Shown here piece after piece: positions 50,739 to 64,000 of a DNA stretch of 64,000 nt. Each line of letters begins with the position of its first letter. The stretch's first letter is position 1. A program made the position numbers and the translations under genes. Source of the stretch: Antechinus flavipes. Its lineage: Eukaryota. The notes beneath the pieces were generated by a model. The model made no database searches, was not told the DNA's origin, and saw only the letters and a program-made list of their open reading frames with translations. The stretch is taken from assembly GCF_016432865.1 (NCBI RefSeq), contig NC_067398.1, positions 117,056,001 to 117,120,000 on the forward strand, given 5' to 3'.

Positions 50739-52249
50739 GATGAGCCAGATGAAATGGAGAGTGGGGGACCCAGGGGAGGGAAGGAAGTGGGGGGGAAGGC
50801 CAGAAGACTCAGGGTCATTTGCAGCAACTGTAGAAGGGAAAAAGAGGCACATATGTAACAGTATTAGGGTTAATGTTTATATTCTCTTGTAAACCTTTCC
50901 CCAGGTACCAGAAATTCCTTAATTGTTTCTCCCCCACTGAGAAGCTTCCACTTCTCCATACTGCCTTCTGTTCATATTGTTCCTTTCTGATTCAGAAAGA
51001 TATGTTAGCTTCCTTCCCATACTCCAGGTTCTCACACTTCTTAAGCTCTGGTAGGCTTTCCCAGATATCTAACCTCCATTTTTTCTGCTGTAATCTCCAC
51101 CTAATCTTTGGCTTTGATTCCCCAAAGAGTAAGAGGTGAGTTGATCACCATCCTCCAAAAAAAAAAAAAAAAAAAAACCAAACCCTTTAATTACTTATAA
51201 AGCTTTCTTTTCCATCACCTCCCTTTCAGAAATAAATCCATCCAGTATTCTACTCCAAGGATCAGCAATATATAGGTGACTACCACCTTGCTTCCCTGCC
51301 TAAGGCTCGTTAGCATTTTAAGTACTGTGTGCTTAAAATACAAGAGAGTATTATTCCTACCTGCTCTTCCATCAAAGGTTCAGTAGCTGTTCATTATAAA
51401 ATCGTGAGTACAACTACCTTACTACCTTCTTTCCCTCAGTCACAAGAAAAAAAAAAAAACTACAAGAAGGCTGGGATGAACTATTTTTTATTGTCACTAA
51501 GAACAGAAAAAAAAACAAAAAAGGCTAAAGGTTAGACAAGTTGTGAATATTAGCACACAGGCCCTTGGTCCCACAGCCTAGAACCATTGGGAGTCTTGGA
51601 AAAACAAAGCTCGGAACAGAGAGCCACTAACCCTGTGCTTCTTCAGACCAGACTCATAGCCACTCTGCAGCATCACTAGGTGACCAGGCTAGGACGGTTT
51701 TTTTGTTTTTTTAAATTTCTGCTTGACAAATGATGGCATTCACATCATGCTTTATGATTTCAGAGCATTTTCACAGCAACCCTACTGAGAGAGGCAGAGC
51801 AATTGTCTTGTGCCCACTTGATAGGTGAGAAAAGACTCAGAAGTGGAACGATTGCCTAAGGTCACCAAAGAGGGGCAGGAAGCTCCAGCAGAACGTAGGT
51901 CCCTCACTCCTATTCCAATTCCCTAAGGCGACAAGTTCTGGGCAAGACTAGATCCAACATAAAATGAATTTCCACAGACACCAGAACCTGGAATGGGCAA
52001 AGGAAACAAATTCTGAGGCCAGATCTCCATTGGGCAGAGGCTGGAAGGAGAAGAGCCTTAACCAGTCTGGCCTCCTATGCCTGTCTCTTCTCAAGGACCC
52101 CTCCCCAGAGGAGCCACCCCATCCTTCTTCCCGTGTACTTCCCGACTTCTCGAAGCCCCCGTCCTTCCGGGCATCTCTTACAAGACCTCCTGACCCGGTG
52201 ACAGAAACAGGAGACACAGACAAGTCTCAAAGAAGCGTCTGGCAAAGAG

Positions 52250-53150
52250 CGAGGTTTGCCGCAAGCCGGGGAGACACCCAAGCATGACAGGCCTCCGCCC
52301 CCCACCCCAACAAGGCGGGGACCCCTCACCCAGTGGGGGCCCCTCCCCAGATGCCGAAGCTTCTGCAGCCAAGCTGCTTTGCCCACTCGCCCCGACCCCG
52401 ACCCGCCCGGCTCTGGCTCGGCGGCGATGAGACCGAGGGCTGCCCTGCTCCCCTGCCCAACCCCGGAGCTCCTCCGGTGAAGTGGGGGGGCCTCCGGAGA
52501 TCGCCGGCCTTCCCTCCGCCCACGGGCGGCCTCCTTCACCTCCGCCCATTGCGACCCGCAGCACCGGCCTCCCGGGGGGAGCTGTCCTGGGGGCATTCCC
52601 CCAGCCCCCGGCCCCCAAGCCCGGCCCCGCTCCAGGACCTTCGGCCTTCCCTCCAGTCCCAGGCCCGGGGAAGGGGGGAGGGTCCGGGTGGGGAGAGGGG
52701 AATGAGGAGGGGGGTTCCGGTTCCGGTCCCACCTGCATCTCGGTCCCCGCGGTTTGCTCCGGCGGCAGCAGCGGTGGCTCCCGCTCCCCCACCCACCCCC
52801 AACAACCAGTGACCAGAGACCAGCCAGCTACTGCGCAGGCGCCAGGACCCCCTTTCCCATCAAGGGAAAAAAAAAAAAAACCATAGATAAGGCAGCAGGG
52901 AGAGAAAGGCACGTTCCTCCGACTTCCTCCTCCTAAGGTGCGGGGATCATAGAGATCGTTCTCCTAGGCTGTAGGAGTAGGGACTCTTAAATGTAGAGCA
53001 GGAGGAGGCGCTGTAAAACTTTAGCGTCTTCCCCCGTCGCCCCTTAGGATGGGACATTCCCTGAGACATCCCTCGGAGATGCGTTAGCCTAGACTAGGAC
53101 CGGCCCGGCCATCTTCCGTAAGGAGGACGGGGAAGCTTGGCCAGCCAATC
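52250..53150 (-). promoter_or_regulatory. SH2B1 CpG-island promoter and non-coding first exon(s)
   Basis: CpG-rich. NRF1-like TGCGCAGGCGC 52832-52842, YY1-like GCCATCTT 53108-53115, ETS ttccgg repeats about 52716. Donor-like CTGG|gtgagg at 52330 (minus). Acceptor of first coding exon at 50827. Confidence 0.75.
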
Positions 53151-53399
53151 ATAGAGAGGATGCTCGAGATAGAGTATCCCAAACAGATGCAAGGCAAAAC
53201 TACCACTAGGGGAGCGTGAAACCAGAAAGAGGAGTGTGGAAAGGCTGGTTAGAGGTTACGGAGGGGTCAGGTGGCCTCCTAGAGCGTCAGTTCCTTCTGC
53301 TCGCTGAAGAGACAGCACCCCCTAGCAGAGGGATGTGGGAAGGCTGAGGTGACCTTGAGAAAGAACTCCCACCTCCCAATTGGGGAGTCTGGAACGGGA

Positions 53400-53670
53400 A
53401 TATATGTTGTTCGGTCGTTTTCTGTCTTATCCGTTCTTCGTGACCCCTTTTTGGGTTTTTGTTTTGTTTTCTTTGGGGTTTTCTTGGCAAAGGTACTGGA
53501 GTGGTTTGCCATTCTTTCTGCAGTTTATTTTACAGACGAGGAAACTGAGGCAAAGGGGAAGTGATTTGCTCAGAGTCACATAGCTAATACTTTTTCTGAG
53601 GTGAAATTTGAACTCAGGTCTTCCTGACTAAAGACCCAGCACTATCCACTGCCACCTAGCTGTCCCTGAG
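53400..53670 (-). mobile_element. MAR1-like marsupial SINE
   Basis: Reverse of the ...ggcaaaccactccagtacctttgccaagaaaacccca...ggggtcacgaaga...acgaccgaacaac tail. Similar copies at about 2000-2210, 4335-4580 and 12180-12370. Confidence 0.7.
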
Positions 53671-56600
53671 TTTATGACCCTGTACAGAAACCCCTGAGAT
53701 GCCTTGACGCCTCTCCCTAATCCCTTGAGGAGAGGGTATCCTGTGGCTCAGGAGTTGACACCAGACCTAAGAGTGTGGTATTCTTAATAGAGAAGCCCGA
53801 GGAGAGCTCCACACTTGGTACTCCCCTTGAAAAAGATCTACTTTGGCCTCTTGCAAGGTCACTGGTTTACCAGACAGCATGATGTCCTAAGAAAGAGAAG
53901 TGGAGAACCTGAATTCAAATCCTGGTCCTAGAGTCATTCTGTGCCTCAGTTTCCTTTTCTGTTAAATGAGGAAATTGCATCAGATGCCTTGTACATTCTC
54001 TTCTGGTACTACATAACACTGCATGAGCTTGCTAGTTGTCGCAGGAAGTTCAGGGATAGCCTAAACTTTGGTACTTACAGACTAGAATCAAGTTGAGAAA
54101 CCAATGAACTCAGGTCACTTTAAGTGAAGATTCATGTAGATGGTGTTTTGTTTCTAGGATTCTGCAACTAGCCTCTATGTTAAGGAAAGCCTTTTGAACT
54201 ATTAATATAGAATGGTATGGTGAAGAATATCAGACTGGGGTTTGAGTACTTAGTAGCTTTGTGATCACAAAAAGTTCCTTGACCTTCCTGAGTTTATCTG
54301 TAAACTGGAGATTACATTTGTGTTACATATATCTCTGTGGCTTGCCATAAGTATGACATTCATATACCAAGATTTATTTAGCTGTTCTGAGATAAATGGG
54401 CATTCATCTCCTTAATTTCTAGTTTGGGGCTACTATGAAAACTGCTGATATATTTTTGTACACAGGGATCCTTTTCTTCTTTGATTTCTTTAGAATACAA
54501 TCCTATTAGTGGTATTCCTAAGTAAAAGATATGGCTAGTGTTAGCAAGTGAAAATCACTAATACTCTCAACAAGAGACTATGGCACCTGTGTAGCTCTAC
54601 GTGAGTAATGCTCTTCTAACAAAGGACTTATCATATTGATTAGAAGTCTCCTGATCACTCTTCTTGCAAATATGATAATAGCTATGGTAGGGGTACTCTT
54701 AGGGGGAAAAGATTTTGCCCTTCTGACTGAGGATTTTGGTAGAAGATTCACTAAGTAGAAAGAATTTGAGTCAGGCCTTTTAAACAGGGGCTGGTTTTAA
54801 ATAGATGGAGAAAAAAAACCAAAACATTCCAGATGGAATAATTTGGTTGAAGTTTAAAAGTAGAAGACAACAATGAAAGCTGAGATTGGAAAGATCTCTA
54901 AAGTAAATAGGGATCAGATGCTAGAGTGTCTTATCTGTAAGTCCAAGAGTTTGCATTTTATCCTGTAATAATAATGGCTCACATTTTTATAGAATTTTAA
55001 GGAAAACTCTTTTCTTCTCACAACAACTTCATGAATTAATATGAGGACTATTTCTCTATTTTGCAGATGAGGAAACTGAAATGAAGTTACCTATCAAGAT
55101 TACACATTAAATAAGTATCAGAAAAGATATCTGAACTCAGGTCTTCTGACTACAAGACCAAACATTACTCTTTTCATTATACCACAATGCCTGCTACAGG
55201 TCTTGGGAGAACCACTGAAGGTTTCTGGTTATGAGTGACATGATCAGAGCTAAGTTTTATAAAAGAATCTGCTTGCAGGATGGATCAGAGAAAGAATGTT
55301 GGAGCAAAGAAACCAGCTAGTGTTATGCCACAGTTCTCTTTAACTGTCCTGACTCAGTTTCCCTGTACAAGTTTCCCTTATCTCAGTCTCCCTATTCCCC
55401 TAAACTATAAATCCCACTCTGGTCCATTAAGACTGAGGACCAATTACTGTAAGGTTATAAATTGTTAGCACAAGCAAGATAAACAAGAGAGTAGATCTCC
55501 TGACTCTTTTCTGTCCTCAAGAATTTACAATATCCTTCTAAAATATTCCAAGATACCTCACTGACATCTTTATCTCTGTATATTCAGACATCCTGTTTCT
55601 GTTTTTTTTGGGGGGGGGTTTATGGCCTCCCCCATCCTGACAGAAGTTTTTCCCGTGCTTTTCTCACCCCTTCCTTTGCTCAAAGAAAAGGTATTTAAGA
55701 AGTTGGGGTTCCTTCATTCATTGCTGGAGGCTGGTGGCTGTCAGCTGTATGCTGGGTGCTGGATTCTTTGAGATGACAGTCTCTTATAGCCCTGGGACCA
55801 ACATGGATTCCTTGGTCCCAGTATATCTTTATCTCTGTCTGACTGGATAATTTGAGACTAGAGTCCTATCCAGTCAATTTTACTCTCCCATTAAAAAAAT
55901 AATAAAAAACTCTAATCTCCTGCCTCAGTTTCTCCGACATTACACTAGGAAGGTTCTGCAGTAATTTGGACTAGGGGGCCTTACTTTCTTTATTTTAAAA
56001 GTTGATCTAGTACATTAAGTACATTTTGTTAATGCTTTAGAAGTATTTTCTTTTCAAAAGAGAACCCAGAAGAAGATCCCTAATAGGGGGATTTAAGACA
56101 GAAACAAAAATGGATCTCCAGAGCCGATGTAGGGGAGACCCCAGCCCTCATACTCTGGAGAAACAAGCCTGCTCAATTTTGGAACATTGTTTGGAATTTT
56201 GGAGCATTGTTTTTTAGTCATAAATCCCAACCATATTTAGCCCCTCCCCCCATCCTCCTCCTATACAGTTCTGCTTGGAAACTACTATCTTCTTCCCAAA
56301 ACCTAGTCTCCATTTTTTGCTTTAGGTCCCCTCACAAATCAACATTGCCCCGGCTTTCAGGAAATGAAGCATCCGCTCAGCACCCCTATTAATTTCTAGA
56401 TTAAAACATCCTTTCCTATGGACCACCCTTTAGTATTGTCAGCCCTTGTTAGGTTGTAAGCTCTGTAACGATAGGGACTATCTTTCTTTTCGCATTTACA
56501 GGATTTTGCAAACTACTCATAACACAGGAGAGATTGGCATAGGGACTAGACCTATGATTTCATTGCTCGAGGAGGAAACTACCCACGCAAGCGAGCACCT

Positions 56601-57134
56601 TCTCTGCAAGAGTACTCAAATGCTTTCCTTCATTCATTCATGAATTGCCCACCGGGGGTTGGTAGGGTCATATCTGAGACAAAAAGGATTCCAGGATCGC
56701 TAGACGAAAATTGAACCCTCCCCAGGTTGTTTACAACCGTCGCCTAAGAGCTTCCCCAGAACGCGCTCTCAGATGCCCACCAATCCCAAGGGGCAACACA
56801 AAGCGGGGGCGGGGGAGGGGCGGGATTTGGCTGTTGTTCCTGGCGGTGCATTGTGGGAGGTAGCAACCTGCTAAGTCTCCGGCCTTCGGATCCAGTCTCC
56901 TTCCGGGTATCTCTGCCGCACAGGAAGTCCGCCACAGCGGTCCTAGAGGGAGCTTCTCAATAGTCTCTCCTGCCCTTACGTCACTTCCATCCGACGGAAG
57001 TACTTTTCAGTTCCCCGTGCCCTTAGCGCTTCGCACGCTGTTCGGTTCCCGGTTCCCTTCTCCTCTGGTGCTCCTTTCCCTCTAGCGTTTCCATTATCCC
57101 CTCCCTTCTCCACTCGCCCCCGTTCTTCGTCGTG

Positions 57135-60931
<3,797 letters not shown>

Positions 60932-61099
60932 GCGCAACTTCAGCCTTCTTTCCAGCATTGCTAACTTCACTGGCCTGAGTCAAGAACTCAAGTTTAGAAA
61001 GTTTAAAAAAAAAAAAAAAAAAAAGGTCCTCAGACTTTCCTGCCATCTATATAGCACTGATGTCTCCTAGACCTGAGAGGCTTGTAAGTTGTAAGGGAA

Positions 61100-61105
61100 A
61101 ATAAA
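61100..61105 (+). terminator. TUFM poly(A) signal AATAAA
   Basis: gggaaaataaagtg about 170 nt after the stop, followed by GT-rich sequence (gtgttgtgtggttgg). Confidence 0.7.
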
Positions 61106-61805
61106 GTGTTGTGTGGTTGGCAGAACACAACATGTGTAGTAACTTCCTGTTGTACAGATTAAAAGTTGGGTACTGGTATTTGTACCTTCAAATGGATGAT
61201 TTCTGTTGAGGATGTTTTCTTTTGGGGATCAAGTGTTATCAGGGGTATATTATTAACAGTAGTTGGACCTGGAATTCCTCAAGTCCTGTTTTAGTTCTAG
61301 CTACTTCATTTCCTTATTTGCAAAATAATAGTATTTGTGCCACTTACTTCAAGAATTGTGGGAAAAAAAGTGCTTTGCCAACATACATATATTCTAGAAA
61401 CGTTGTTAGGGTGGAAGCTCAGTAAGACTTTGATTCCATAAAGGCATGAACATCTCATAAAGACTGAGAAATGTTGCTGCTAAACTACCCTACTACAAAA
61501 TTATTAAAGAGGCAGAACAGGACCAGTGCTGTTCTCACCACTACTGTATGTCTGAGTATAAGAAGAATTTTTAATTCTTATTATCATACTTGTTAAGTTT
61601 TTCACAATTTTTAAAATTTGCTTAGAAGTATTGTGGAATATAAGAGAATCAGTGTTATTGCTAATAAGGGATTTAAATTCACACTGTGAGAGTTTTGGGA
61701 AGAGCCATCAATTCCCTCATATACACCAAGAAACAGACCCATTAAATAGAAATGGCTGACCTTTATTTGTAGAATGTAAGTTTAAAATTTTGTTTGGACA
61801 GTTCA

Positions 61806-61828
61806 GTGTGTGTGTGTGTGTGTGTGTG
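61806..61828. repeat. (TG)n microsatellite
   Basis: Direct observation. Confidence 0.9.
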
Positions 61829-64000
61829 TAGCGGACTTGCAGTTTTTTGAGTGGAGAACTTCTGGGATGTGGAAACTCCCTCTTCCAAAATACATCAGCA
61901 CCTTCTTTGCAATGTATAATAGCCTTACAGAATTGACTAGAGGCATTGAGAGGCTCCTGGAACAATTTCCAAGGCTGGCTTTCTGTCCATTAAGCCACAC
62001 TGGTTAATGTGCTTTTAAGGTTTGCAAAGCACTGTATAAATTACTTAATTTGATCCTCACACAGTTCAATAAACAAAAAGGGTCTACTTATATGCTAAGC
62101 ATTGTGCTAAGCCCTGGGCATACAATAAGAAAAAGACAGTCCCTGCCCTCAAGGAGCTTACAGTCTAATGGGAGAAGGGGCAACTTTGGGGCTGAGAAGG
62201 TGTTGAGTATCAAAAACGGAGTCAGTCAATCAGCATGGTCATGAGACTTCAGGTGATCAGCTTATCCTGAGTGAGGCATGATGTTCCCTTGGAGTCAAAA
62301 CCAAGCAGGGCTGCTGAGAGAAAATGCAGAGTTACTAAAGGTGAGTATGACACATATTAACACCTTTTTACAGTGGGAAGAAAAAAACCTCAGGTGAAAT
62401 AGATCTTGATCCCACCGCTCCTACAGGGTAGTGGAGAAAACATGACATCCTAGGTCTTCTTCCAGGCTCCCAAGAGTATCTCCCCTTCCCCTATCCTGGG
62501 CTGCCTCTTCTGATTACTTGGAAATAAAAAGGCCTGCCAGTCAGGATAGGTAGAGAATTACTGCTTATAAAAACATAAGCCTTCATAGCTTTCACTTTCT
62601 TTGGGTTCACAAATATGAGGAATGAAAGGTGTTATCGGATTACTAGGGAGTCTGTCTCCCAGAAATGAATGAGTTCAAAGAATTTTAAATTGTGAGCTGG
62701 TTTCTAAAGCATCCTTAGAGAAAAGGATTAAATAAAGGTGGTCATAAATTCAGAACTGGAAGGCATCTGATACAGCAAGGTAAATTACCATACAGGTTAG
62801 GAGAGATGGATCCATGTTTTCCTGACTTCTCATGCAATACCTTAAAGCCTCTGAATTATGAGAAACTGCTAAAATGGGGAAGGTACTTCAGTTCCTGAAG
62901 GTACAGGAAGATGAGACATGGTTTGAAAAGCCAACCCAACCCAAGCTAAATTCATTGGTTGTGTCTCACTGTTCCAGTCTAACCCCCATTTTGGGATTCT
63001 GGTAGAACCCTTAAGGACTTGAGAGAGGGTTCATTTTGGAATCTTTCCCAGAATCCCAGAGGGAGGGAAATATTTTTTCCTAGGCCAGCTAAGTATAGGG
63101 AGTAACCCTTTCTCCCCCCCCTTTCAAGGCAAAATGAGGTAAATCCTCCCTATGGTATGTAGTCATGACTTGGAGCAGTGGCAGAGGGGTGGAGGTGGGA
63201 ATAAATAGCCCAGCACTCCCATTCCAGTATCTTTTGCCTATTTTCTTGGGTAGATGAGAAAGGAGATCTTCCCCAAATAGCATTGTCTTAATGGATTCCT
63301 ATTTTCCAAGTGTTTTATTCATTAAACATCGAGTACCTTAACAAAAATCCTTGCAAGTGATGAGTTAGCTCCATAGATAAAACAGCTCTTAAATTTTGGG
63401 GATGGAGGAGTATACAAAGGGAGATCAACATGCAAAAATATACATTTGGAATCTAACTTGGTATATGCTACAAGCTATTTGTGTACCTCAGGGATTGTTT
63501 TTAATTTATGAAACCAGGTTAGGAAAGTATGCTGTGAGCCTAATTTTTGCTAGACTTGCTTTCAATTTTATCAAATAGTGAATATCCACTTATTGGGATG
63601 TGTGGGTTTGTCAAAACACTATGCAACTGTGTTTTATGTTGAACCAATCCTGTATTCTTGGCATAAATCCAGCTTGATGTAATCTTAATATCACATAGCC
63701 TCTTTTCTAACATCTATTCATTAGGGATACTAGAAGTTTCTGTCACCTTCCAATTTAGGTTTAAGAGCACTTTCAGAATGACCAAAGGATATCCTTGATG
63801 AGATCCTTACCATTTTGCAAACAGTTTGTGGAATATTAGAATTGTTTGATAGAACTTGTAAATACACCTTGTCCTGGACCTTTTTGAGAACAAATTTCTT
63901 TTGAACAGTCATGTACATCTAACCACAATACAGAACAATGTGACAGAGGACAGCTTTATCAGGGAGTCAGGAAGACCTGAACTTGAGTCCTAGCTCTGAC

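Noticed and set aside
52075-52936. Cluster of Pro/Gly-rich ORFs
   Set aside because: Expected in the SH2B1 CpG island; no recognisable protein family.
61006-61024. A-tract in the TUFM 3'UTR suggesting a processed pseudogene or poly(A) tail
   Set aside because: Genomic A-run upstream of the real AATAAA, and the gene has introns; relevant only as an internal-priming artefact.
61106-64000. Absence of ATXN2L downstream of TUFM
   Set aside because: Only about 3 kb is visible, and the gene is expected further right in this synteny; not informative.

Overview
Mammalian genomic DNA. The SINE types (WSINE1-like, MAR1-like) and old L2/L3/MIR/L1 fossils point to a marsupial, most plausibly an Australian dasyurid-like species. 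The window is syntenic to human 16p11.2 in flipped orientation: CD19 (-), RABEP2 (+), ATP2A1/SERCA1 (-), SH2B1 (-), TUFM (+). I traced exon structures by hand and checked them by splice sites and phase. ATP2A1, SH2B1 and TUFM can be assembled completely. RABEP2 assembles except for a 1-nt deletion in exon 5. The most striking observation is CD19: promoter and exons 1-3 are intact, but no intact exon 4-14 (second Ig half, transmembrane, cytoplasmic) is recognisable in the 8.1 kb downstream. There is only a possibly decayed transmembrane-exon-like remnant, which suggests a truncated or secreted CD19 (or a very long intron). Other oddities: a 26-aa extended neonatal SERCA1b tail, a shortened SH2B1 linker exon, an ambiguous TUFM exon-2 acceptor, a G-rich minisatellite in RABEP2 intron 5, a candidate extra RABEP2 exon, and a shared bidirectional poly(A) element between RABEP2 and ATP2A1. 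Human comparisons are from memory and were not computed.
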